36,431 nucleotides of DNA, taken from positions 1 to 36,431 of the forward strand of contig JAZOVL010000270.1 in NCBI GenBank assembly GCA_045658685.1. Reading direction: 5' to 3'. Source of the DNA: Pilosibacter sp. (lineage in GTDB: Bacteria; Bacillota; Clostridia; Lachnospirales; Lachnospiraceae). Shown here piece by piece: positions 9,174-18,167 of this stretch; positions within the stretch are counted from its first letter, which is position 1; each line of letters opens with the position of its first letter. The translations under genes and the position numbers were made by a program. Under the pieces are notes generated by a model. It made no database searches. It saw nothing but the letters and a program-made list of their open reading frames with translations, and had not been told where the DNA came from.

Positions 9174-10526
9174 ATGTTTCAGAAAATTTTGATCGCAAAC
9201 CGTGGAGAGATCGCGGTCCGTATCATTCGTGCATGCAGAGAAATGGGAATTAAGACGGTTGCTGTATATTCCGCGGCAGACAAAGATGCACTCCATACCA
9301 TGTTAGCGGATGAAGCCATTTGTATCGGTCCGGCACCGTCGTCGGAAAGTTATCTGGATATGGAACGAATCCTTTCTGCGTGTGTTGCAGCGAAAGCTGA
9401 TGCGATTCATCCGGGATTCGGTTTTTTATCAGAAAATGCGAAGTTTGCGGAACTTTGTGAGAAGTGCAGTATTCGATTTATAGGTCCGTCTGCGGATATT
9501 ATCAACAAAATGGGAAACAAATCAGAAGCCAGAAAAACCATGATCGAGGCCGGTGTTCCGGTTGTTCCAGGCAGTAAAGAACCGGTATTTACGGTAGAAG
9601 AAGGATTGCAGACTGCAAAAGAAGTTGGTTTTCCGGTTATGATCAAGGCATCCAGTGGCGGCGGAGGAAAGGGAATGCGTGTTTCTCGTTCGGAAGAAGA
9701 TTTTGAGGCAAATTTCCACAATGCTCAGATGGAGTCCGTCAAAGGATTTTCAGATAACACGATGTACATTGAACGATTTGTCGAGCGTCCGAGACATATT
9801 GAATTCCAGATTCTGGCTGACAGGCATGGAAATGTTATTCACTTAGGAGAACGCGACTGTTCGATTCAGAGGCGCCATCAGAAAGTTCTGGAAGAGGCTC
9901 CTTCTGTGGCAATTTCCTCAGCACTTCGTGCCCGCATGGGCGAGACCGCAGTTCGCGCAGCGAAAGCCGTTGAATATGAAAACGCAGGAACCATCGAATT
10001 CTTACTGGATCAAAACGGGAACTTTTACTTCATGGAAATGAACACCCGCATTCAGGTGGAGCATCCGGTAACAGAAGCTGTCACAGATATGGATCTGATC
10101 AAAGAACAGATCCGAATTGCGGCAGGTGAGCCGCTTTCTGTAAAACAGGAAGATATTACGATTGCTGGTCATGCGATCGAGTGCAGGATCAACGCAGAAA
10201 ATCCGGAAAAGAATTTTATGCCATGTCCGGGAACCATTCAGGAGCTCCATCTTCCGGGAGGACGAGGGGTTCGCGTTGATACGGCTGTATATAACCAGTA
10301 TACGATTCCATCCAATTATGATTCTATGATCCTGAAATTGATCGTACACGATAAAGACAGAGATTCTGCTATTGCAAAGATGCGCAGTGCACTTGGAGAG
10401 TTGGTAATCGGAGGAATCAAAACAAATCTGGATTTCCAGTATGAGATACTGAGCAATCCGGATTTTGAAACCGGAGATGTGGACACAAATTTTATCCAGA
10501 CACATTTTCCGGAGTATTGTAAATAA
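9174..10526 (+). CDS. accC: Biotin carboxylase
   Basis: KILIANRGEIA, GGGGKGMR, ERDCSIQRRHQK, EMNTRIQVEHPVTE. Confidence 0.97.
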   Translation: MFQKILIANRGEIAVRIIRACREMGIKTVAVYSAADKDALHTMLADEAICIGPAPSSESYLDMERILSACVAAKADAIHPGFGFLSENAKFAELCEKCSIRFIGPSADIINKMGNKSEARKTMIEAGVPVVPGSKEPVFTVEEGLQTAKEVGFPVMIKASSGGGGKGMRVSRSEEDFEANFHNAQMESVKGFSDNTMYIERFVERPRHIEFQILADRHGNVIHLGERDCSIQRRHQKVLEEAPSVAISSALRARMGETAVRAAKAVEYENAGTIEFLLDQNGNFYFMEMNTRIQVEHPVTEAVTDMDLIKEQIRIAAGEPLSVKQEDITIAGHAIECRINAENPEKNFMPCPGTIQELHLPGGRGVRVDTAVYNQYTIPSNYDSMILKLIVHDKDRDSAIAKMRSALGELVIGGIKTNLDFQYEILSNPDFETGDVDTNFIQTHFPEYCK

Positions 10527-10601
10527 ATGTGGAGAAACAATGGTTTCCGTCAGAGAAATGTGGAAAAGTCTTTGTAAATCAGACAGAAAGGATGTCCTTG
10601 C

Positions 10602-12323
10602 ATGATTAGAGATATGTTTAAAAAAACATATACAAAAATTGATACAAAATATAATGTAAAACAAGAGAGTGCAGAACAGAAAATTCCGGCAGATCTCTGG
10701 CGAAAATGTAATAAATGCGGAAAACCGATTTACGTGGAGGATGTCCATGCAAACCTTAACATCTGCCCGAAATGTGGTGGATATTTCCGTGTCAGTGCAT
10801 ATCGCAGGATCCAGATGATCGCAGATGCGGGAACTTTCGAAGAGTGGGATCAAGAAATGGAACTTTCCAACCCGCTTCAGTTTCCAGGTTATGAAAAAAA
10901 GATCCTTGCGGCACAGGAAAAAACGAAGTTAAACGAGGCAATTGTCACAGGTTATGTTCTGATCGGCGGTTATCCGGCTGTCATTGGCGTGTGCGATGCA
11001 AGATTTTTGATGAGCAGTATGGGTCACAACGTGGGTGAAAAGATCACAAGAGCGGTAGAACGTGCTACACAGGCAAAATTACCGGTGATTTTATTTGCCT
11101 GTTCCGGAGGTGCCAGAATGCAGGAGGGAATGATCTCTCTGATGCAGATGGCAAAAACATCGGCAGCACTGAAGCGCCATCATGATGCGGGTCAGTTGTT
11201 TATCAGTGTTCTTACAGATCCGACAACAGGAGGTGTAACAGCAAGTTTTGCCATGTTGGGAGACATCATCCTTGCGGAGCCGGGAGCATTGATCGGCTTT
11301 GCAGGTCCAAGAGTAATTGAACAGACCATTGGACAGAAACTTCCGGACGGATTCCAGAGAGCAGAATTCTTACTGGAACATGGTTTTATTGATAAGATCG
11401 TAAAACGAGAAGAGATGAAAGGGACGCTGGCACAAATCTTAAAACTGCACCGTGGTGTGAATGAACATCACGAAGCAGTGGCTGAAATCGCCGCAGAAAG
11501 CGACTATATCCATTCTGCAAAAAAACAGGCAAAAAAGATTATGCGAGGTGCCTGGGAGTCGGTTCAGCTTTCCAGAAAATCGGATCGTCTTGTTGCTTCT
11601 GATTATATCCAAGTTCTGTTCGATGATTTTATGGAGTTTCATGGAGATCGTCTGTACAAAGACGATGGTGCGATCATTGGCGGTATCGCCAGTTTCCATG
11701 GAATGCCTGTGACTGTGATCGGACAGGAAAAAGGAAAAACAACAAAGGAAAATATTACCAGAAATTTTGGAATGCCGTCTCCGGATGGATATCGAAAGGC
11801 TCTGCGTTTGATGAAGCAGGCTGAAACATTTGGAAGACCGATCGTTTGTCTGATCGATACACCAGGAGCATTTTGCGGAATTGAAGCCGAGGAACGTGGC
11901 CAGGGAGAAGCCATCGCAAGAAATTTATTTGAAATGGCTGCACTAAAAGTTCCGATTCTTTCCATCGTTATTGGCGAAGGCGGCAGCGGCGGTGCTCTGG
12001 CAATGGCAGTCGCGAATGAAGTCTGGATGATGGAAAACTCTATTTATTCGGTTTTATCACCGGAAGGATTTGCATCTATTCTCTGGAAGGATAGCAAAAA
12101 GGCAGATGAAGCTGCCAAAGTCATGAAAATCACAGCGAAAGAGCTGAAAACTCTTGGGATTATTGAACATGTAATTGCAGAGGAGGAGCCGGCAAGTCGT
12201 GAAACGCTCCCACAGATTCAGAAGATCCTGGACCATGCGCTGATGGAATTTTTTAATCGCTGGAGTGGAAAAGAGGAAGTAGAACTGGTGAATTGTCGTT
12301 ACGATCGATTCCGTAAGTTCTAA
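10602..12323 (+). CDS. accDA: Fused acetyl-CoA carboxyltransferase beta-alpha subunits
   Basis: N-half: CNKC...CPKC zinc finger, [19 protein letters not shown] (AccD). C-half: [29 protein letters not shown] (AccA). Single ORF. Confidence 0.95.
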   Translation: MIRDMFKKTYTKIDTKYNVKQESAEQKIPADLWRKCNKCGKPIYVEDVHANLNICPKCGGYFRVSAYRRIQMIADAGTFEEWDQEMELSNPLQFPGYEKKILAAQEKTKLNEAIVTGYVLIGGYPAVIGVCDARFLMSSMGHNVGEKITRAVERATQAKLPVILFACSGGARMQEGMISLMQMAKTSAALKRHHDAGQLFISVLTDPTTGGVTASFAMLGDIILAEPGALIGFAGPRVIEQTIGQKLPDGFQRAEFLLEHGFIDKIVKREEMKGTLAQILKLHRGVNEHHEAVAEIAAESDYIHSAKKQAKKIMRGAWESVQLSRKSDRLVASDYIQVLFDDFMEFHGDRLYKDDGAIIGGIASFHGMPVTVIGQEKGKTTKENITRNFGMPSPDGYRKALRLMKQAETFGRPIVCLIDTPGAFCGIEAEERGQGEAIARNLFEMAALKVPILSIVIGEGGSGGALAMAVANEVWMMENSIYSVLSPEGFASILWKDSKKADEAAKVMKITAKELKTLGIIEHVIAEEEPASRETLPQIQKILDHALMEFFNRWSGKEEVELVNCRYDRFRKF

Positions 12324-12345
12324 CCCATAGGAAGGAAACAATATT

Positions 12346-13473
12346 ATGGAACAGAAGGCAAGATTAAAATCGTTGAAAATCGGATCTCTTACAGCAAACT
12401 ATCCGATCATTCAAGGCGGAATGGGTGTAGGAATCAGTTTATCCTCTTTGGCCGGAGCAGTTGCTAGAGCAGGTGGAATCGGTATCATATCCACGGCTCA
12501 GATTGGATTCAGACGTCCGGACTTTGAAAAAAATCCTTTGGCTGCCAACTTAAAAGCCATTCATGACGAGCTTGCAAAAGCGAGAAAGCTGGCACCGGAA
12601 GGGATTCTCGGTTTCAACATCATGGTAGCAACGAAAGAATACGGTCAGTATGTGAAAGCGGCCGTAAAAGCCGGAGCAGATGTGATCATCTCCGGAGCAG
12701 GACTTCCAATTGATATGCCGAAGTTTGTCTCAGAGGCAGAGGAAACAACAGTAGAAAATCGTCGGACCATGCTGGCGCCTATTGTATCGTCTGCAAAATC
12801 TGCAATGGTCATCTGTCGAATGTGGGACCGAAAGCATAAGACAGCCCCGGATTTCGTTGTGATTGAAGGTCCGTGTGCCGGCGGTCATCTCGGTTTCTCA
12901 AAAGAGCAGTTGACAGAACTCGGTGTCGATACCGAATGTGTATCCAAAACATACAAACAAAACGAATATGAAAGAGAAATCCGCGAGATCATGAAAACCG
13001 TAAAAGAGTTCGCGGAAAAATATAAAAAAGACATTCCGATCATCGTTGCAGGAGGCGTGTACGATCATTATGATGTCGTACGTCAGATGGAATTAGGTGT
13101 TGATGGCGTACAGGTAGCAACTCGTTTTGTAACAACAGAGGAATGTGATGCTGATTTGGCATACAAACAGGCATATCTTCAGGCAAATGAAGAAGATATC
13201 GTGATCGTAAAGAGTCCGGTAGGAATGCCGGGACGTGCGATCAAAAATAAGTTCCTGGAGAGCGTTCAGAAAGGAAGAATCCCTGTAAATAAATGCTTTG
13301 GATGTCTGGAGCACTGCAATCCGGCAGAAACTCCCTACTGCATTACACGAGCATTGATCAATGCAGCAAATGGAAATGTTGATGATGCACTGCTCTTTTG
13401 TGGAAGCAATGCATATCGAAGCAAGACAATAGAAACAGTTCCGGAAGTCATGAAGGAACTCTGCGGATATTAA
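12346..13473 (+). CDS. Nitronate monooxygenase-family flavoprotein, FabX/UfaA-like, with Fe-S motif
   Basis: PIIQGGMGVGIS, SGAGLP, VIEGPCAGGHLG, KSPVGMPGRAI and C-terminal CFGCLEHC...YCI. Last gene of the fab run. Confidence 0.8.
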   Translation: MEQKARLKSLKIGSLTANYPIIQGGMGVGISLSSLAGAVARAGGIGIISTAQIGFRRPDFEKNPLAANLKAIHDELAKARKLAPEGILGFNIMVATKEYGQYVKAAVKAGADVIISGAGLPIDMPKFVSEAEETTVENRRTMLAPIVSSAKSAMVICRMWDRKHKTAPDFVVIEGPCAGGHLGFSKEQLTELGVDTECVSKTYKQNEYEREIREIMKTVKEFAEKYKKDIPIIVAGGVYDHYDVVRQMELGVDGVQVATRFVTTEECDADLAYKQAYLQANEEDIVIVKSPVGMPGRAIKNKFLESVQKGRIPVNKCFGCLEHCNPAETPYCITRALINAANGNVDDALLFCGSNAYRSKTIETVPEVMKELCGY

Positions 13474-13525
13474 GAATAAATCCCATCCGACTGTCATAGA
13501 GCTTTGACAGAAAGGTGGGATTTTT
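13474..13525 (+). terminator. Probable fab operon terminator overlapping a SigE-like promoter and the spmA RBS
   Basis: Stem AAATCCCATC..CTGTCA / TGACAG..GGTGGGATTT plus T run. GAATAAA-N14-CATAGAG resembles the SigE consensus. Confidence 0.6.
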
Positions 13526-14137
13526 ATGTTGAACTATCTATGGGCAGGAATGATGTTGGTTGGAATTATATGGGGAGCTTTTCACGGGACATTGGGAGAA
13601 GTGACAGAAGGTGCCATTAATTCAGCCAAAGAAGCTGTAACACTGGGTGTCACGATGCTTGGGATTATGTCCTTTTGGTGTGGAATTTTAAAAATCGGAG
13701 AAGTATCCGGGTTAATGGAAGCGATGACAAAGAAAATGCGCCCTATACTCCGATTTTTGTTTCCGAAACTTCCAGAGGATCATCCGGCAGCGGAGGCGAT
13801 TGCTGCCAATATGATTGCCAATATACTGGGGTTGGGCTGGGCTGCCACGCCGGCAGGGTTGAAGGCCATGGGAGAACTGGAGCAATTGGAGGAAGAACGA
13901 AGGATGCTTCATGTTGAATCAGTTCCTCATGGAACCGCCAACAATGAAATGTGTACATTTCTTATCATCAATATTTCTTCTCTGCAGTTGATTCCGATCA
14001 ATATGATCGCATATCGGGCAGAATATGGAAGTGTGGATCCCATGGCGATTGTCGGTCCGGCTTTGCTGGCGACAACGATCAGCACCATGGCGGGAGTGAT
14101 TTTCTGTAAGGTTATGCAAAGTTCTAAAACTTTGTAA
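13526..14137 (+). CDS. spmA: Spore maturation protein A (nucleoside recognition/Gate domain)
   Basis: MLNYLW, SAKEAV, LRFLFP, ANILGLGWAATPAGLKAM, FLIINISSLQLIP. Confidence 0.92.
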   Translation: MLNYLWAGMMLVGIIWGAFHGTLGEVTEGAINSAKEAVTLGVTMLGIMSFWCGILKIGEVSGLMEAMTKKMRPILRFLFPKLPEDHPAAEAIAANMIANILGLGWAATPAGLKAMGELEQLEEERRMLHVESVPHGTANNEMCTFLIINISSLQLIPINMIAYRAEYGSVDPMAIVGPALLATTISTMAGVIFCKVMQSSKTL

Positions 14138-14171
14138 AATAAGGATTCTTGCGATGAAAAAAGAGAATGGA

Positions 14172-14200
14172 TTGACAAAATACATCGGCTTTTATAATAT
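14172..14200 (+). promoter_or_regulatory. Putative SigA promoter upstream of the type IV filament genes
   Basis: TTGACA (14172-14177), 17 nt, TAATAT (14195-14200). Confidence 0.6.
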
Positions 14201-14228
14201 AAGTTTTGAAAATACATAGTTATGTTTG

Positions 14229-14262
14229 AACGGCGTGGCTGAAATATGCCGCGCTGTTTTTG
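14229..14262 (+). terminator. GC-rich hairpin plus T run between that promoter and the prepilin peptidase gene
   Basis: AACGGCGTGGC-TGAAATAT-GCCGCGCTGTT followed by T residues. Confidence 0.7.
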
Positions 14263-14296
14263 CGTTCGTCATTTATAAATTCCAAGGAGAATGGAA

Positions 14297-14758
14297 ATGT
14301 TAAAAATTCTTGTATCAATTCTTTTATTGAGGATTGCTTATGTGGATCATAAAACCATGAAGATTCCGGATAAGCTGAATCTGGGGCTCGGAGTTTGTGG
14401 ATTGGTATCATGTATACAGAATACCGATATTGCAATAATCGACAGAATAATTGGTTTTGCCATCATTTCAGCTCCCATGTATGTACTTTGTTTGATCATT
14501 CCTGGAGCATTTGGAGGAGGAGATATTAAGCTGACTGCTGTTATGGGATTCTATCTTGGATGGAAACGAATGTTGGCAGGTGCATATTTTAGTTTTCTGC
14601 TCGGCGGTATACAAGCCCTTTGGCTGTTGTCAACAAAGAGATTGCAAAAAAGAGAAAGAGCACATATGGCTTTCGGACCTGCCTTATGTCTTGGAATATG
14701 GATTGCAATGATTTGGGGAAATGAGCTGATACAATGGTATTTTGATCTTTTTATATAA
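14297..14758 (+). CDS. Prepilin peptidase (A24 family), short form lacking the N-terminal Cys-rich methyltransferase domain
   Basis: Catalytic Asp motifs AYVDHK and FGGGDIKL, and AFGPAL. Start set to ATG 14297 by spacing from AAGGAG. Confidence 0.9.
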   Translation: MLKILVSILLLRIAYVDHKTMKIPDKLNLGLGVCGLVSCIQNTDIAIIDRIIGFAIISAPMYVLCLIIPGAFGGGDIKLTAVMGFYLGWKRMLAGAYFSFLLGGIQALWLLSTKRLQKRERAHMAFGPALCLGIWIAMIWGNELIQWYFDLFI

Positions 14759-14773
14759 CTGGAAAAGGAGGAA

Positions 14774-15835
14774 ATGATGGAATTTTTGAATCACGTATGG
14801 CGGCGAAAATTGACAGAGGACATTTTGTCTGATATGTGCAGACAGATTGGTGCTATGGTCGGTGCAGGAATCACCGTGGCGAAGGCAATGGAGATCTTGA
14901 AGGATACAACAGAAAATAAGTGGATCGCTAAAATTTATGGAGATTTGGAAAAACGTATGAAACAAGGATATTCGATTGGCGATTCGATGGAAGCAATGTG
15001 TGTATTTCCTGAAATGGCAGTCAATATGTTCCGTGTAGCTGAAGCCAGCGGCCAGTTGGAGAAAACGGCGAATCATCTGGCAGAACATTACAGGAAAGAA
15101 CATCGAACCATGACACAGCTGAAAGTAGCAACATTGTATCCAAAGATTTTGTGTATGATGGCAATCGGTATTGTTTTATTTGTATTTCTGGTCATTATGC
15201 CAATGGTGGAGCCTATGTTTCATGGAATAGAACTTCCACTCGTCACTCGGATTTTGATGAGTATCAGTTCGTTTACGAAACAGTATTGGTATATAGTTTT
15301 AATTGGATTGTCGCTGTTTGTAATTTTAGAGCCGATTGTTCTGTCATTTCATTCTGTCAAGTTTGTTTGTGACAAGGTGTTTTTGAGTATTCCGGTTTTG
15401 AGGAATCAGATGAGAATCATCTACACTGCCCGTTTTGCAAGAAGTCTGAGCAGTCTGTATGCCAGCGGAGTTTCTATGATTGAGGGTCTGGAAATCGCAT
15501 CAAGAACATTAGGAAATCGATATCTGGAGATGCAGTTTCTGGATGTGGTGCAGGAAGTAGAAAATGGTGCGACACTAAGTCATGCTATTAAATCGGTAAA
15601 AGGATTGGATAAGAAACTTCCTGCAATCCTCTTTGTGGGAGAAGAGACAGGAAAACTGGATATAATGCTTCTCAGTCTCGCAGAAGGGTATGAGCATGAA
15701 GCAGAAACAGCAATGAACAAAATCGTCTCATTTATAGAACCACTTATGATTGTGCTGATTGGAATTGTAGTTGCAGTGATTTTACTTGGAATCATGATTC
15801 CTATGTGGAGCATGTACGAATATATGGGATCATGA
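14774..15835 (+). CDS. Type IV pilus / T2SS platform protein (PilC/GspF family)
   Basis: Two T2SSF repeats (VAEASGQL, VGEETGKLD), YPKIL, FIEPLMI; three TM segments. Confidence 0.93.
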   Translation: MMEFLNHVWRRKLTEDILSDMCRQIGAMVGAGITVAKAMEILKDTTENKWIAKIYGDLEKRMKQGYSIGDSMEAMCVFPEMAVNMFRVAEASGQLEKTANHLAEHYRKEHRTMTQLKVATLYPKILCMMAIGIVLFVFLVIMPMVEPMFHGIELPLVTRILMSISSFTKQYWYIVLIGLSLFVILEPIVLSFHSVKFVCDKVFLSIPVLRNQMRIIYTARFARSLSSLYASGVSMIEGLEIASRTLGNRYLEMQFLDVVQEVENGATLSHAIKSVKGLDKKLPAILFVGEETGKLDIMLLSLAEGYEHEAETAMNKIVSFIEPLMIVLIGIVVAVILLGIMIPMWSMYEYMGS

Positions 15836-15869
15836 TATCTATTATATAGAAGAAATGGAGGTGGCGAAA

Positions 15870-16349
15870 TTGAGGATGAGAAACGATGGATTTGCGATGA
15901 TTCATGTTCTGGTATTGATCATGGTGATCTTGCTGTTTCTGACATCCGTATTTTCCTCGTCCAGCTTTCGCTATAAAACAGCACTTATGCGGATTCAGAA
16001 AGAAGAAGCAAGATGTGCAGCGGAAACAGCATTGAAATTAGTGGAGACTGAGATTGCAAGCGGAAATGTGGAATGGGTCGAGAATGGATTCAAAAAGAAA
16101 AAAACCACATTGGAATTTGAGTCGGAAGATGGAGAAATTAAGGTATCCGTTCCAGTAGTTATCTGGGCAGACTATGAAGATGATGAACTATATTTGTTTG
16201 CAGAGGTTGAGATTGGATCGAAGAAGGAAAAGGTACATTCCGTATTGGAACTTCCGAAGAAGGAAAATTTGATGACAGACTCTAACTCTTTGATCGCAAC
16301 TTCATCAACAGCAGTCCGGCAAGAGAGAAAGGAGCAAGGATCAGAATGA
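15870..16349 (+). CDS. Minor pilin-like protein (PilX/GspK type, no Glu+5)
   Basis: NDG|FAMIHVLVLIMVILLFL class III signal, EEARCAAETAL motif. TTG start after GGAGGT; ATG 15876 is an alternative. Confidence 0.65.
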   Translation: MRMRNDGFAMIHVLVLIMVILLFLTSVFSSSSFRYKTALMRIQKEEARCAAETALKLVETEIASGNVEWVENGFKKKKTTLEFESEDGEIKVSVPVVIWADYEDDELYLFAEVEIGSKKEKVHSVLELPKKENLMTDSNSLIATSSTAVRQERKEQGSE

Positions 16350-16660
16350 TGAAAAACGAGAATGGATTTACGTTGGCGGAAGTTATGGTCGCATTTGTAA
16401 TCTTACTGATGGCCTCTCAGTTATTGCTGTTTGGAATTGCAGCAGCACGTAAAATGGAACATCGTGCATATGAACTCTCCGGTGTGGAAGAGATGTTGCG
16501 AGAAAATCTGGCGGATGACTCAGAATGTATTTCAGGGACATTACGAATGAAAATAGATGAAGAGGCAGAGTTGGTCAGTGGTGGATGGTTATATCGAAAT
16601 GAGGATTTGAAAGAACGTGGTCTTGTGATAAATATGATTCGTATGAAAGAAAGGGATTGA
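16346..16660 (+). CDS. Type IV pilin with prepilin N-terminal cleavage motif
   Basis: KNENG|FTLAEVMVAFVILL with Glu+5; overlaps the upstream stop. Confidence 0.88.
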   Translation: MMKNENGFTLAEVMVAFVILLMASQLLLFGIAAARKMEHRAYELSGVEEMLRENLADDSECISGTLRMKIDEEAELVSGGWLYRNEDLKERGLVINMIRMKERD

Positions 16661-16661
16661 C

Positions 16662-17852
16662 ATGAGATACAATTATTTGAAGCGAAATGAACATAAGAAA
16701 ACAGACCAATCCGCAGTTGAGCTTCTGGAAAAATTGTTATTGGACGGTTATAAGAAAAGTGCAAGTGATATACATATTGAACCGTGTGAAGACAGTCTCA
16801 TGATTCGAATCAGAATGGATGGTATGTTGGTGGAACATATGAAACTGGAATCGGAGATGCACCCGTCTCTTATCGCACGTGCGAAAATCATATGTGGAAT
16901 GGATATTGCAGAGAAAAGACTGCCTCAGGATGGTCATTGCAAAGTTAAGGTGGATGATGTTGAGATGGACCTTCGGGCAAGTTCCGTTCCGACCGTATAT
17001 GGAGAAAAAATGGTACTTCGATTTTTAAATACACGCGTCCATGTGGAACATGAAGATTCCTTTGGCATGGATGAAGAAAATTATAAAAAAGTACTGGAAA
17101 TTTTAAAACGTCCCAATGGAATTATTTACATAACCGGACCAACTGGTTCAGGAAAAACAACCACATTATATCTGATGTTGGAATCGTTGGTAAAAGCACC
17201 GGTCAATATTATGACGATTGAAGATCCGGTTGAGAAACTGATTGCAGGAATTAATCAGATTCAAGTAATGGAACAGACAGGACTGACTTTTGAAAAAGGA
17301 CTCCGCGCCATTATGAGGCAAGATCCGGATATCATCATGATCGGAGAAACGAGAGACTATGAAACTGCAAAGATTAGTGTCAGTGCGGCGATTACGGGTC
17401 ATCTGGTTCTGTCTACCCTCCATACTAACGATGCAGTCAGTGCGATTATTCGAATGGAAGATATGGGAATTGAGCCATATCTGGTTGCCAACAGTTTGAG
17501 TGGAGTTGTGGCTCAACGACTGGCGAGGAAGGTATGTCCACATTGCTCTCAGGAGATTGCGGTCAGCAAGGAAGAGATGATGTTGGGAATTCGAACGAGA
17601 ACCGTCAGAAAAGCTGTCGGCTGTGAACATTGTAACAGAACCGGATATAAAGGACGAGTTGCAATCCACGAAGTTGTGGTTGTGGATAAATATATTCGTG
17701 GAATGATTGCTGAGAAGCGAACGGTGGAGGAGATTTATCAGTACGTGGAGAAGACACAGAATATTCGGAGACTGAAAGCGGACATGATTCGTTTGGTAGA
17801 AGAAGGAGTTACGACTGTAGAAGAACTGTTGCGATTAACGTATGGAGAATAA
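16662..17852 (+). CDS. Type IV pilus assembly ATPase (PilB/GspE family), short N-terminus
   Basis: ASDIHIEP, RLPQDG, GPTGSGKTTT, TIEDPVE, RQDPDIIMIGE, TGHLVLSTLHTN, CPHC...CEHC, GYKGR. Confidence 0.95.
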   Translation: MRYNYLKRNEHKKTDQSAVELLEKLLLDGYKKSASDIHIEPCEDSLMIRIRMDGMLVEHMKLESEMHPSLIARAKIICGMDIAEKRLPQDGHCKVKVDDVEMDLRASSVPTVYGEKMVLRFLNTRVHVEHEDSFGMDEENYKKVLEILKRPNGIIYITGPTGSGKTTTLYLMLESLVKAPVNIMTIEDPVEKLIAGINQIQVMEQTGLTFEKGLRAIMRQDPDIIMIGETRDYETAKISVSAAITGHLVLSTLHTNDAVSAIIRMEDMGIEPYLVANSLSGVVAQRLARKVCPHCSQEIAVSKEEMMLGIRTRTVRKAVGCEHCNRTGYKGRVAIHEVVVVDKYIRGMIAEKRTVEEIYQYVEKTQNIRRLKADMIRLVEEGVTTVEELLRLTYGE

Positions 17853-17858
17853 AAATAA

Positions 17859-17901
17859 GGAGCTTTTTCTGGTTTTACAGACTGGAGAGAGCTCTTTTTT
17901 T
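17859..17901 (+). terminator. Intrinsic terminator of the type IV filament cassette
   Basis: GAGCTTTTTCTGGT / ACTGGAGAGAGCTC stem plus T7. Confidence 0.8.
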
Positions 17902-18005
17902 GACACAAAAAAGCTTGATATTTCGGGCCTGAGAGCAATTGTAAGAGAAGTGTTCTGTGCAATCCGCTGAAATTGAGAGAAGTAAATTCGGTGTAATGCA
18001 CAGTT

Positions 18006-18063
18006 TTCGAAGGTTATTTTCGACGGATACGACATGGACAGTGGAGCCTGGTCATGATATAGT
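18006..18063 (+). promoter_or_regulatory. SigA promoter of the surface-protein operon with upstream 0A-box-like repeats
   Basis: TGGACA (18035-18040), 17 nt, TATAGT (18058-18063), with extended TG. TTCGAAG, TTCGACG and TACGACA lie directly upstream. Confidence 0.55.
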
Positions 18064-18167
18064 TTATTCACTTTAAAAAGTCTTTAGACAAATCTTTAAG
18101 ATCTGAAATTACGTTTCTTTTGTTACTGTCTTCGGCGTATCGGCCGGGAAGTCGGGAGGATGAGAAA

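Noticed and set aside
10525-10570. AAATGTGGA repeated twice between accC and accDA
   Set aside because: Short, with no promoter context; the string also occurs elsewhere by chance.
10002-10853. 283-aa minus-strand ORF, and the many other short antisense or nested ORFs in the track
   Set aside because: Shadows of well-supported genes; no RBS or recognisable motifs.
17902-18005. Possible riboswitch in the intergenic region after the pilus ATPase
   Set aside because: No recognisable aptamer consensus, and it lies upstream of the predicted promoter.
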